Shown: in pieces, positions 12,835 to 26,400 of the stretch
How the letters are laid out: each line of letters opens with the position of its first letter
Numbering within the stretch: the stretch's first letter is position 1
NCBI RefSeq assembly: GCF_001194135.2
Contig: NC_068988.1
Coordinates: forward strand, 82,492,982-82,550,638
Source of the DNA: Octopus bimaculoides
Taxonomy: Eukaryota
Length of the DNA: 57,657 nucleotides
Reading direction: 5' to 3'
The notes under the pieces: model-generated
What the model was told of the DNA's origin: nothing
Database searches by the model: none
What the model saw: the letters and a program-made list of their open reading frames with translations, nothing else
Translations under genes and position numbers: made by a program

Positions 12835-14479
12835 CAATTAAACGAATCTGAATTTCTGTAGATCAACACTTAGAAAAAAAAATGGACAGAGAAGAAATTG
12901 CAGAGGTATACATTCTTTGGAGGAAAAGGATTGTCTTTATTGCAAAGTGGTATGGAGCTGACTAATTCAGATATGCAGACATCATTGTAAAAAAGTAGAA
13001 AAGGTAATAAAAATATATGAAAAGAAAGAGAAACCAACCAGTTTATTTATAGGATGATGATTGTCATATGTTGGTGAGTAAGTCTTCACCAATAAGGGTG
13101 CGGAACCACAATGCAGTCTGAAAGCAGAACTCCTACACAGGTAGCATTTGAGCTTTGTAAAGGTCAATAACTAAACAGAGTTGAAATATTAGTATACTTC
13201 CCTAATCCCTACTTCTCTAATACTCATTTCTAGCCCTTCTGTCACCATTGTTTTCCAAATTTATATTTACTGTGCACAAGACTCTGCTCAACACATACAA
13301 ACACCAACTTTCACACTGTAAAATGACTGGTTAAATAAGCAGACAAAGTTTAAGGTTATAAACTCCCTCTAATTTTGACTACCTAGAGTTAGTGCTGTGA
13401 GAAAATGCACCGAATACACTCAGTAAAGCAAGTTGGTGAGAAGAAAAAGCACCTAGCCAAATAACACATACAAGCATCAAGTCTTTGGGAGATGTAGCTC
13501 CTGATAGGAGATGACACAGACAGTAATGATTCATCTGAGCAATGCCAGCACAGAAAGCAGATGTAAAATGATGATGATGACAAAAAAAAAAACAACTCCA
13601 AATGTATTTTATTGTATTCATAGAGATTAATTCATGATAAACCAATTCAGTTTCAATTTATGGCAAGATATATTTCACTTTCTCAACTTCAATGGAACAA
13701 GGTAAATATCACACTTCATTTCCTCACCTCTCTGGTAAGTCTGCGATACCCTCTCTCTCTCTCTTTCGGAGAGAGGCACAAGCACATACACAGACATATA
13801 CACACACGGCAGTAACTTCCGCCTACCAAATTCAATCACAAAGCTTCGGACAGCCCAGGGTTATAGCAGAAGACACATGCCCAAGGTGCCACACGGTGGG
13901 ACTGAACCCAAAACCATGTAGCTGGGAAGCAAGCTTCCTAACCACACAACTAAAGTGCATATACATATGCGCAGCGCTATTCGTGTAGCAAGTTTTCTAC
14001 AGCCGGATGCCCTTCCTGCTGCCAACCCCCACTTGTTGCCAAGCGAGGTAGTTTTTTCCCTCTCTCGCTCTTTCAGGTAATGTTTACATGAACCAATTAA
14101 TGATTTTAATGAGATAGTTCCTGTATTTCATATAAATCCCTGGAAATGGTTTACAGTTATATGATGGCCAATCTTAATTTACATTTGTTAAACATAATAA
14201 ATTAATATAGAATACCATCAACAGACTTGGTATTTTACCATTTATTGCCCTCACCAACATTATTATAATTAATAATGCAGCATGCTCGCAAAATTATTAC
14301 CACATAAGACAAAATGTGGCATTTCTTCTGATTCATTATGTTTTGAGTTCAAATTCCACTGATGATGATTTCAGGGTTGATTGAGTCCTGGGGTTGATGT
14401 TATCAAATTTCCATTTTCCCCTCAAAATTGTTGGCCTTGTGCCTTAATTATAAAGAATTATGATTGTTATTATTTTTAA

Positions 14480-14552
14480 GCCTCCATAGCCGAGAGGTGA
14501 GAGCACTGGTCTTGTAAAGCAAGGATTGCGAGTTCAATTCTCACTGTGGGCT
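14480..14552 (+). pseudogene. tRNA-Thr(TGT) pseudogene
   Basis: GCCTCCATAGCCGAGAGGTGAGAGCACTGGTCTTGTAAAGCAAGGATTGCGAGTTCAATTCTCACTGTGGGCT is 73 nt with a Thr-type CTTGTAA anticodon loop (TGT at 14513-14515) and a TTCAA T-loop. About six stem mismatches: one acceptor, two D, two anticodon, one T stem. Confidence 0.75.
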
Positions 14553-15366
14553 TTGATGTAACATTAAGACAGCAAACTGACAGAATCTTTTGCATGCAGA
14601 GTGAAATACTTAGTAGCATTTTGCCTGTCTTCACGTTCTGAATTCAAACTGTGTCATGTTCAACTTTGCCTTTCATCATCGACGAAATAAGTACCAGTGT
14701 TGATGCAACAAACTTACCCTTCCCTGAAATTGCTGGCCTTGTGCCAAAATTTGAAATAATTTTTAGCATGCTTTTTAGCAGTTTTATTAAATAACGAAAT
14801 AAGTACCAGGGTTGATGCAACAAACTTATCCTTCCCTGAAGGTCTTCTCTTATATTGTGCCAATGTTAAGTGCATGCCTTTTGATGCAAGTCTGATAAAA
14901 TGCCACTCTCGTGATTAAAACTACAAATATGTAACTTTTTCACAATGGTGTTAAAAACAGAGTGGTACCGAAACAATTGCAACTGGTCATTAAAGATGCG
15001 CTAAACTCATTCTTTCCTTATTTGGTCTATATTAAACTCTTACATTGGATTTACCAGAGTGATACCTGGACTCATTGGGGACACAGGATTAAGGGAGGTG
15101 GTTTTATGCTAGATGTGTGTGTGTGTACCATTGTCAAACATCACATGATGTTTGTAAATGGGTATCATCATCATCATCATACAAGCAAGGTTCTTCATTT
15201 CTAGTCTTTTGTGAAAAATATGTCTGGCTAAGAAGAAATATTACTGTGCTTGAAAACAGGTGAGGATTGACAACAGGAAAGGCATCCAGTTGCAGAAAAT
15301 CTCCTTCAACAAATTCCATTCGACTCATGCCAACATAGAACAGATGTTAAATGATGATAGAGGTGC

Positions 15367-15368
15367 AC

Positions 15369-15425
<57 letters not shown>

Positions 15426-15690
15426 CACACACATATGTACATATACGCATATATATACACACACACACATATACATTATATATAGGCGCAGGAGTGGCTG
15501 TGTGGTAAGTACCTTGCTAACCAACCACATGGCTCCGGGTTCATACACATATATACACATACACATATACACACACACACACACACATATACATACACGT
15601 ATATATATATATATATATACACATATATATACACATATACACACACACACACACACACAGATATATATATATATATATATATATATAATA
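15367..15690. repeat. Compound (TA)n/(CA)n low-complexity tract interrupted by a SINE head
   Basis: Direct reading. Similar tracts at 52086-52370, 37960-38075 and 55231-55291. Confidence 0.9.
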
Positions 15691-15970
15691 ATATTATTAG
15701 GGACAAAATCCAAAATTACAGGTAAAAAACTCAATTAAAATCAATTTATAAAAAATTAAATTGAGCCTTATAGATAAAGTATATATAAAATATATATAGT
15801 TTTAGGGAAAATAACCAATTTTCAAGAACTCATCGATGAAAATCCACTATCACATATAGAAAAATTAATAATTAAAAGCACAATAAATGAGTATAATATA
15901 AAGTAAAGTAAATATCATAAGATAAATATAATAAAAAGATTACACGTGTTTCATAACCAATTTTCAAATA
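15690..15970 (-). mobile_element. Second copy of the hammerhead-bearing repeat family, with split hammerhead halves
   Basis: Plus-strand aatattattagggacaaaatccaaaattacaggtaaaaa resembles the reverse complement of 53850-53890. Minus strand carries GAAAC-ACGT-GTA (15952-15941) and a CGATGA half-core (15835-15830). Exact 15-bp direct repeat at 15811 and 15953. Confidence 0.45.
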
Positions 15971-18474
15971 TATAAATAATGGGCTTAGTATAGTCTTTGT
16001 CTGCCCAATTCTTTCATAAGGTATTGGTTGGCCTGCTGTATAGCAAGGGCTGAATATGAAACCTTGTGGCTGAGAAGCAAACTTCTTATCCATGCAGCTG
16101 TGCCTATATCTATTCTACATGAAACAATGTTTGTGCACGTGTGTGTGTGTATTTTATTTGTTTCAGCCATTAGACTGCAATCATCGCTAAACACGTTTTT
16201 CACAAAACACTGGAAATGAACAACTTTGCTTGTATGACAATGATGCCCATTTACAAAGGTCTCTCAACATCTAGCATACAGACACCTCCTTTATCACTGT
16301 ATTCCCACCGAGTTAAAGGGGCTTTATCTTGGGAGTTACTTGGTGACTTCACCGGTGCCAATGCCACCTAAAAAGCACCCAGTACACTCTGTAAGGTGAC
16401 TGGTATTAGAAAGGGCATCCAGCCATAGAAACCATACCAAAGTAAACACTGGAACTTGACACAATCCTCCAGCTCATTGGATTCTGTCAGAGCATGCAAT
16501 GCATGCCAGCATCAAAAGCATGCTGAGCAAAATGCTTAGTAGTATTTCATCCTGCTTTACGTTCTGAGTTCAAATTTCACCAAGGTTAAAACTTTGCCAT
16601 TCATCTTTTTGGGCTCAATAAAATAAGTACCATTTAAGCACTGGGATCAATATAATCGACTTATCCCTCCCTTTAAATTGCTGGGCTTGTGCCAAAATTT
16701 GAAACTGATATTTTATNNNNNNNNNNNNNNNNNNNNNNNNNNNNNNNNNNNNNNNNNNNNNNNNNNNNNNNNNNNNNNNNNNNNNNNNNNNNNNNNNNNN
16801 NNNNNNNNNNNNNNNNNNNNNNNNNNNNNNNNNNNNNNNNNNNNNNNNNNNNNNNNNNNNNNNNNNNNNNNNNNNNNNNNNNNNNNNNNNNNNNNNNNNN
16901 NNNNNNNNNNNNNNNNNNNNNNNNNNNNNNNNNNNNNNNNNNNNNNNNTCCGATCTATATATATGTTTCTGCTCACTTGAGCAGCAAGCTAAATGCTACA
17001 TCATAATATTGATTAATAGCTAAGTGTTCTGAATGATTCAAAGTTAAGTGTCTTTACTAGAGACACTTCATACAAAAGATGATTGTAAACAAAGTATCAG
17101 TCAACTTGACCAGCTGCAATAGGTATTTCATTAGCAGAAGATGGACATGTTTTCAAAGCAAACAGCTGAGAACAGAAAGTAACTACAATTTTCAAATAAA
17201 ACATATTGCATTAAATCATGAATGCATTAAATCATGAATGAAGTGCTAAAGTTTACAAAGAAAGTGAGCATATGAAGTTGCTTCAATCAACCTTCATTAT
17301 TCACAGGTATTTATTTGATGAGATTCAGGCACAAATTAGCCTGAAAAAAAAAATAGCCAGATGCTACCATCTAAATCAAATACAATATGTTACTAAACAA
17401 AACTTGTAAAATTCAGGAATGAGGACAGAAATAAACATTCTGATTTTTTTTCTAGAACAGCTTCATAAAGATAGACTGTTTAGCTGAGAAATTAAATACA
17501 ATTTACACCATACAATAACCAACATATCCTGTTGGCTTGCTCTTGAAATTGCATCAATATAGTATAGCTGAGTGCACTCTGTTTTTTTAAATACATATAT
17601 AGGGTTTCATTTACTTAATATAGTGAGTTGAAAAATTTCAATTAACTGAGATTATCCAAACAATTATAGGTAAAAGCTCCCACTAGAGGCATGTAAAAAT
17701 CTAAAATGCAGCAGGCAAGGGAGACAGCACCAATAAAATAGATCACTGAAATATTGGAAAATATAGAAAATACAACACAAAAAGTGGATCTGGTCACAAA
17801 TTATGATCCATTGTCCAGTCAATAACAACAGTTCTACGCACACATTCTTTACACTTCTTTTTCACTTGCATTTTCAATGAAGAGGAAGTCTAACTGGAAA
17901 GTATTGAGGTGTGGTGTAAACCTTAATAGAGAATACAATAAGATTTTTAATGAAAGGCTACAATAAAATATAATGCTGGACTTTAAATTCAGACTTACGT
18001 TTACCAAGCAAATAAATGGGCTTAGTCAACTAGTAGTTATTATATAAACTTCTCCCATTCAACTAACCTACGCACTTAGTTAATGCTAATAATGTACAAT
18101 GACAAATTTGATTTAAAGAGAATGTCAGGCAAAACTGAAAGGAAATTCTTTAGAAAAATAGCAGAAAATAAGAAGGTTTAAACTCTTCACTTTGATCAAA
18201 TAATGTAAATACAACAACTGCTGCAACAACAAAATAATTAGAGTGAGTAGAGAGTGAAATTATTCAAAACTATATTAGCGCAATGTGGACAAGCTGTTGT
18301 TAATAAAAAAAACACCTGTATATCAAATAATTAAAACCTGCATCCATAATAATCAGCAGGCCATGTTTGATACTTTCTACAGCATTTCTCATCATCATAA
18401 TCTTTTGTTATTCTTTAATTAAATATCTATAAGAAGAATTATAATTCCAAATATAAAGTGTTGTTTCCAACATA

Positions 18475-19692
18475 CAAGGGTCAGCTGAAATGTTCATAGG
18501 CTGACCGAGATACTCTCATGGAATGTGACCAAATGAGGTTTATTTTTCAATATCATCCCCCTTGCACTTCTTCCATCGGTGTTGCAGTGTTTGGATCCCA
18601 TTGGTGAACTGGCTTTCATCTTATTCTATATTTAAGAGATCAGGAATTATGTAAATAATGGCTTTCATCCTGTTGGTCAAAAGAGGCATCAACAGCTGAT
18701 ACTGGTTCCCAACCAAGTGCTTTATAATGTTGAGGAACAGATGATAGTAAGATGTGGACAAATCCAGTAGGGAGGGTGACCAACCAGTTCCAAGCCACCA
18801 TCAAGCACAGCAGCCATTGGAACCAAGGACTTACATACTGAAGAATTGTCCTCATGAAACAAGACCCTTTCATCAGTTTTCCTGGGTGTTCGGTCTTGAT
18901 AGCTTTTTGTAATTGCCTCAGCAGGTTGGCATAGTACTATGGCCTTTTTGAAGATAGTCAATAAACAATGCCTTCTACACCCCCAAAAATTGTGGCCATC
19001 ACTTTCCCAGTAGATGAAACAACCTTGGTCTTCTTTGGAGCAGGTAAGGAGGAGTGTTTCCACTGCATGGATTGTCCCTTTGTCACTGGCTCAAAGTGAT
19101 AAACCCAACACTCATCCTGACTTAGGAAGCGTTCAAGGAAACCAACTGGATCTGCCTCAAGCAATATCAAATTTTCCTGTGATGTGATCAGCCTGGTGTG
19201 CTTTTGATCAGGTGTCAGAAGATGTGGTACCCACCAAGCAGAAACCTCCATCATGCCAAGTTCATCATGTACAATATTCTCAACTCTCTCATGGGACATG
19301 CTAATAGCATTGGCTACTTGATTTATAGTCAACTGCTTGTCATCCATCACCATGTGGTGAACATGATTTTTGTTTTCCTCAGTGGTGGTAGCTGCAGGAT
19401 GTCCAGACATCAGGTCATCTTCAAGAGTCTCCCTTCCCCTCCTAAATTCAGCTGCCTGCTTTTGCACTGTTGATAAAGCTGGAGTGTCATCCCCTAATGC
19501 AGCAGCCTTGTTTGACCATTTTCAAGAGTAGTTGTCACAAGTTACTTCTGAAGTCTTCTTTGAACAGTGAAATTACCTGGAAAGAAACAATGCATTTATT
19601 AAGAAGAAGGGTTGAAATTAATGCCTGCAAGATTTCACAGCTCTAGCATCACTCCTTCATTGCCAGCCTATAAACTTTTCAGCCCACCTTCA
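18475..19692 (-). mobile_element. Near full-length decayed mariner (DD34D, irritans-like)
   Basis: TA at 18473-18474 and 19693-19694. Related TIRs caagggtcagctgaaatgttcataggctg and cagcctataaacttttcagcccaccttca. Transposase with WVPHLL, QDECW, GKVMATIF and HPPYW(S)PDL-like motifs, broken by stops and frameshifts. Confidence 0.92.
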
Positions 19693-19884
19693 TAAATATA
19701 CAAATTTAAATATTATTTTTTGCGTATCAAATGTCCAAACATTTTAGCCTACAAAGCAAGAAATAAAAATAAGGTCAAGAAAATGTGGGCAGCACGCAAA
19801 TCACAAGATAGGAATTTCAAAGTTGAATGTCTATTTTTGGAATGTAATTTTTCCAATGACAGTGCTTCAAAATGTGATAGTTTT

Positions 19885-20659
19885 ATTCTCTCAATGAAGA
19901 TGATTTACACCAAAGAAGGGAGTTTTACAAGTGGTACTTGACAAATTATGTAGTAGAAGTACACTTTCCAACAATTATTTGCTTGGAGTGGTGAGGCTAC
20001 ATTCAAATTAAATGGCTCAATTAACTCTCACAATTGCACCTATTGGGGTGCCTGAGAATCCACATAAATTTGGAGGAACATCATATTAATCTATCAGGAA
20101 TTACTGTATGGTGGGGCACCTATTGTGACTAGTCCCATTTACTTGAACTTTCTGCAACATGTTCTGTCATGCCAAGCATTCAAGAAGGTGTTGAAGATAT
20201 GGAATTATATTTCCAACAAGATGGGGCACTCCACACTACCACAGCAATGTAAGGGTCAACCTTGATGAAATTTAGCCAAACAGGTTGATTAGATGAAGAG
20301 GTTCAGCAGAATATCCTCCATGTTCACTGGATCTTAAACCATGAAGTTATTTTTCTTACAGGGATGCTTAGAAAATAAAGTTTGCAGTACAAAGCCAGCA
20401 ACAGTCAAACTGAGAGCAGCCATCGAACTAGAATATGCTCAAATACCAAATGAAATGTTTCTTGATGTTTGCAATTCCATTGCTTTGCATTATCAGCAGT
20501 GTCTGGAGCAGACCAGTCATCAGTTTGGAAACAAGCATTCATTAAAAAAAAAAAAATTCTTTCTGTAGATGATATTAAATTTTGAAAATGAAATGTATTT
20601 TAATAAACACTAACTTTATAATCATTCATTGAGTGTATACATTTTCTTGGGACACCATG
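19885..20659 (+). mobile_element. 5'-truncated DD41D (rosa-like) IS630-Tc1-mariner remnant
   Basis: Decayed [26 protein letters not shown] and YPPCSLDLKP motifs, with about 41 residues between the second and third catalytic positions. Right TIR-like gtgtatacattttcttgggacaccatg. Left TIR not seen. Confidence 0.7.
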
Positions 20660-21214
20660 TGCATGTGTACACACACACAACCAGTTTCCCCTCTACCAAA
20701 TTCACCCCACAAGGGTTTGATAGGCCCTGGTCTATTGTAGAAGACACTTGCCTAAGGTCACACAGTAGGACCAAACTGAAAAACTATGTAGCTGAAATTT
20801 TCAAAATTGTACTTTACATAAATAGAACTTTCCTGTTAAGCGAAGGCACACCTTAGAAAGAGAACACTTATATTAGATTTCTTCCATACACCCCCATAAA
20901 CAGCTACTAGCATATTCCCGTAATGCTGTCAGCTATCAAAATATTTCTATAAATATGTTGCACACACTGGTAGTCTCCAGTGTATAAGTGACTTTCTGGT
21001 ATTGTGTTAATGTATTACAGTAAATCAATGAAGGAGGAGAATAAAGCTCTAGTCTCACTATGGCTGCTGCTAAAAAATTTAAGGAACACCCATAAATTTT
21101 TTTTCGTTCAGAAAACATCAGTAATGATGAATCACCAAATAGAATTTCTCATTGAACAGAAACAAGAAATATTGTTTGGAAAAAAGCATTTTTGTGAAAT
21201 AAGGTAAAGAGTAG

Positions 21215-23256
21215 AATTTAATAAAAATCTTCAGTTTATTCATTTATACAAGAAAAGATGTTACAATGATATATTTGTTTTTCATGGGGGTAAGGGATAA
21301 TCCAAGAGTGAAAAGTTGTTCAGTTCTGACATCTTATAGTTAAGAGGGATGGTGGGCACATATGCAAAACTGACTCCACATTTTCGGTATAAGAAGAAAG
21401 CATCAACAGACAGTATTAAAAGAATGCTGCCAGTTTTGTCAGCTGCAGTACCAGTTTAACCTCTGGCTTTACAGCAAATGAGTAGGATTTTTTTTAAAAA
21501 GATACAGCACAGATATATACACAGATATAAATGTTTGGATTGAATAATACATTCAAATGTATTCTTTTTTTTTGTTTTTTATTTTTGTTTTTTTGCCTTG
21601 GCTTTGTCCATTCATTGAATGCCTGAGTATAAAATATTGTACTGTATTTATTAAGTTTAGCTTAAACTTCTACACGTTGTGAGAAGTTAACAAAGGAAAC
21701 ATACAATATAGTATGTAATGCACTTCAAAAAAGTTTACATGTACAATCTTAGGAACTGTTTGTGTTCCTGCTCACATCTGACTGCAAATATACCTGCAAG
21801 CAATCTCATGTATGTTGCAATGTGCAATGTTGTGTTATGTAAGCTGAATGTAAGTTGCAAATACATATCAAAGTCCGAAGACTTGTAGAATTGGCCTTTG
21901 GCTACTCTGATCAACTGCCATTTGTCAAGCAGTGAAATGCCCAGTTGAAGTACAAATGTAATTGTAGTAAAGCAGCACTGAAAAGAGGAAGTAAAACCAA
22001 GGTTTCTTCAAATCAGGTAATTCACAAGTTTGAAAATAAACTGCTTTTGAATTTATATTTTTTAATATAGAATTTTTTTTTTAATTTAGAAATTCAAATA
22101 TCACATTGTTTAAAGAAAAATAATTAAATTATGCACTTGCAAAACATTGTGGTATTAAGATAGCAAAGAATTAAATTATCTTTAATAGTAATAACAATAA
22201 TAATAATAATTTCTTTTTAATATTTATAATGATTTTGTTTTCAATATTAATAGTAATTAAAAATAAAAATAAAAGCTGAAGAGTAAAAGAAAAAAAAAAT
22301 CATATCTACTGACATTCTTGAAATATTTTCAGAATAAGACCCTAAAAACAAGAGCACTTGATAATTAAATCAGTTTTCTGTAGAATATACAAATATTGTA
22401 TGTATAGCAATCAGCTTAAGTAAATAAATATTCCATTTAATGAAAATAGCATCAATAAAAAGTCAACTTCAAACTGAAGCCTAAAAGATTAACAATCTAT
22501 TTAGAAAACTATTAATCTTAATGTGTCCAAAAAAAAATGAAAGAAAAGAAAAAACAAGGCAGATTTGTGTCACTGAACACAGAAAAGCCAAATTAATAAG
22601 GATTGTGATTGTTACATCCAATAGCAGTGAGCAGCCAAAGAGTTACATTTTCTCTAGAGTGAAATCAGGAAAAGAAATCAAATGGTAACAACTGGTGGGG
22701 GATGGGGAGATTATAAACAGGTATGTAAATTAGTAGAGTATTAAATAAAATAGTTGGAGTAATTAAAAAAAAATATATGTATTAAAAAAAATTAAATATG
22801 TCTACGAAATAGAATTTTTAAAAAATGATAACTTCAGTGACAATGGCTCTGACATACCAACTATCATGCTGTTTTCAGTACTTGTTTTACTTTCAAATGC
22901 CATAACCATTTATTTACTCATTGCTCCCAACAACATTTTTTTTCAATAATCAAAACAAAAGGAAAGCCAACAGTTTCATGTTTTCAGGAAGATGTTGTTC
23001 AAACTTTTTGTCAACCAACCCGTCTTGACATCTTCATGGTATCTAGCAAGCCAGCCGCTGTAGTATGTGAAATCATTCATCGGCATGAAGCAGTGCTTGA
23101 AATCATAATTTCCTATAGTTGGTGATAGAAGTGATAGAGGTGGCAATAGAAATTAGAAAGAGTATAAATCCAGCCAGATGGCATAGTTACATACACCACT
23201 ATATCACTAGCTTGACATAACAGTGATATTCCTGCACTGACCAGGTAAACATACTG
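21215..23256 (-). other. Probable 3' UTR of the TSC22 gene (about 2 kb)
   Basis: Follows the stop codon. No recognisable TE or long microsatellite, unlike the flanks. U-rich on the sense strand and ends at an AATAAA. The end is inferred. Confidence 0.6.
21235..21240 (-). promoter_or_regulatory. Candidate polyadenylation signal AATAAA
   Basis: Plus-strand TTTATT near the boundary between TE-free sequence and the repeat-rich region, followed on the sense strand by U-rich sequence. Other AATAAA hexamers exist in the UTR. Confidence 0.45.
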
Positions 23257-23451
23257 TTAAGAAGTGGTCGCAGCAGGGGGTTGTGGTCGAGGTTGACTTA
23301 GTTTTGATAATGTATCTGGACTTGCAGAAGTTCGCAAAATACTGTTTTCATACTCTAATTGGTTATTTTTCTCTGTCAATTCCTTGATTTGTTCTTTCAG
23401 AACTTCTACCTCTTCTCTTACAGCAAACATCAAATGACTTTTCACCAAGTC
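23257..23451 (-). CDS. TSC22D: TSC22-domain family (bunched-like) gene, terminal coding exon: [64 protein letters not shown]
   Basis: Translation matches the TSC box/leucine zipper of TSC22D1-4 and Drosophila Bunched, with heptad leucines [22 protein letters not shown]. Acceptor ctctttattttaacag precedes 23451 (AG at 23453-23452), phase 0. TAA stop at 23257-23259. Confidence 0.97.
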   Translation of the reverse strand, partial: DLVKSHLMFAVREEVEVLKEQIKELTEKNNQLEYENSILRTSASPDTLSKLSQPRPQPPAATTS

Positions 23452-26400
23452 CTGTTAAAATAAAGAGTAAACATATTAAAACATATTCAACACCCATCAC
23501 ACAATTCATATTTTTTCCCTACTGCTTTTTCACCCCACTACAAAACCTATTTCTCTTAAAACACATTTTACTGCTGTTAATCGCAAAAGTATTTACACTG
23601 ATTATTTTCCATTTAGGAAATGATGAAGTACATAGATATATTTTCTGGTTTTACAATGCATTGATGACACTATATATATATCAATCAAATAATGGGTATA
23701 TGCAAATAGTTATTTCTAATTGTCAGTTGAGATGATCAACACCATCCATTCAATTTCTTTCCATAAGTAGTGAGCTATTCTATCAACTAGAATAGAAATC
23801 TTCAATTTATTTTTATCCACAGAAAATTAGGGTAACAAAAGAATCATAGGAAAGTAGCACAAGCAAAACCAAGTCTTCTGTGACTTCACAATGTTGCTAC
23901 CAATGATAATAAAAATAATAATTTCAAACAGAAGCAAGCAGCTGCAGAAATTTTAAATTACAGACCAAATTTCTAATCCATTCATCTGTAATGACATGTT
24001 TTATGCTGTTTCATATTTTATGACAAAATTCAAATATTTCCTTGTAAATTATTGGTTTTATTGAATATCAAATGATTGAAGGGCTTCCTAAATGTATGGT
24101 GGTATGGGTGGATATTAAAGTCTACTCCAACAATCTCAGAATATGATAGTGTAAAAGGAACCTTTCTAACATACATGTAGGAAAGCAACCACAATGAAAT
24201 AAAATGATTAGGGATGCAGAAGGTTTTTAGTGTACAAGACAACTTAATTAGCTTTCATACAATCATAAACACATCAAGTGCACTTCCTACTAAATCAGAT
24301 GTGTAGATAATATAATAACAGCACCAAATGTATTAAGAAGGCTGATCTTATACATGTGATCAACTCTCAACTGGCATCACTACCACCAACCAGTTTCATT
24401 TTCATCAGGTTATCAGTTTCTGCTCTGCCACTGTCAACAGTGTCCTGGTACATAGGTGGATATGGGAAGAAGGTCCAACCTGATAATAAGGAATCACAGC
24501 TTTGATAATGCATGGTGGTAACTAATGGTAACATGCCACGCTGCAAACTTATGTCATGGGAAAACCAATTTAAAACATAGTCCACACCCTTTCGTATATA
24601 TTTGCACTCACATAAGCTAATATGTGTATAAAACATGAAACAAGAAAAAAATATCAACAAATGACTTCCTTATTGTTCACAAATCTTTTGGCATCAAAAT
24701 GTAAAATAGTTTCTTTGGTGGAGAAAGAATTTGGCTACAAAAGGAATATTGCAGCTGCTGAGAAACCTAATTTTTTCTGCTCATTACAGCAGATAGTCTC
24801 TATTTTACATCAAATACAAATGACTCACTATAATATAATTGACAACAACATCACTTTAAAAAAAAAAATTATTCTGTATCAAGTATTCTTTGAAATTTTT
24901 GCTTACCAAATATGACAAAATAAACAAAGAGAAACAGTGATACATGGAAGAGAAAAATGGTGAAATAAGTAAGGTAAACTTATTTGTTGTGATATGAGTT
25001 AATTTCAATGGAATTTCAACTTGAAATGTAGAAGGCGAAAACTACTTCAAAGCATTTAATGTAATATTTCACAATTTCTACCAAGTCCCTCTCATCTGCC
25101 TAATCTGTTCTGGTATGAAACAAAATTGTGCATAATTTCATTTTTTGTTATTTAATTTTAAATTGCATTAATCTATTTTAATCCTATATGTGGTGTGGAT
25201 ACACATTATTATTTAAGTGGTTTTCCTTCTTGTTCTGCAACTTAACTGCTGCAGTGTCATATCAAATTAAAGTGCTTGACTAATAACTATAATCATCATC
25301 ATTATCATCTGTTCAATGTGATGGTATTATACAAGACATTACTATGTTGAAAACCAGTACCACACCCACTTCATACATTTTGTCGGTTGTTAATAGCAGC
25401 AGTACTATTGAAAAATGCTCAAATTTATAAAATCCACTCTATTCAAATCAGCATGTTAGAAATAAAAATAATATTAGTGCTAGGGAAAACCATTCAGCCA
25501 TAAAATTCTTATTCTCTTCTCCAATATTCATGATACAATTATACAATTACGAGTGACGAATCTATGCAGATGGAGCGACAATGGACTAAATGTTTTATCA
25601 CATATGCTTCATACAATATATAATTTTATAATCATTAGAAAAATTACATTTATTTGTATTTCTTTTCAAACTGACTGACATGTGCATATCCTGCCAACAT
25701 TTTCTTTCAAGTTATTCTTCTTTATGTTATCTAGTTCAGTCACTTCCTAACTATAGCACTCATCATCAATATCAAATTCTTTAAAAGACAATGGTCATCA
25801 TGAGGTAGATTAAATACTTTACATACATCCCAATGTGTTCTCGGTTTAACTCCTGTTGAGAATAACTTGCCTCCATCTCTCAAGGTCTAACATATTTCAA
25901 AGAAAGCAAATATATTTTCCAGGATCTAAAACTGGAAAGAATATAAATTGATTCAACCTAGAACTACCTCACTATAGCACCTTCCCAGCCAATATAATGA
26001 TTTGATAATTGATTATTAACTAAAACTCATTCTCCTGTCAGGTTTAGCTATTTTCAAATATCCTTGTTCCATTATGATTAATACATTTCTGTATATTATT
26101 TGGAAAAGAATGATTTTTCTTTCTACTATTATTTCTTTCAAACTGTTCACACATGCTAGCAAACAGTAGCAAATAGTTAATAGAAATTTCATGTTATTTG
26201 CTGGAGGGAATATTGATTATGAATAGACAAGTATCTCTGGTCAAAAAAAGGTTTTTATATTCTTAGAATATTTAACAACAGATAAAGCAATGTCAAGAAC
26301 AATGTGAGAACAGCTTACTAACTAGATACCAACTAATGAAAATTAAGATAATCCAGAAAAAAATCGTACAAAATTTTATTTTTAGCAGTAGAAATATTGC

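Noticed and set aside
15960-16030. IGQTKT peptide as a Penelope GIY-YIG remnant
   Set aside because: It is a six-residue match at the junction of a SINE head and AT-rich DNA, with none of the surrounding GIY-YIG motifs.
24370-24415. Minus-strand CTGATGA-AAAT-GAAAC
   Set aside because: No room for stem II and no stem I complement.
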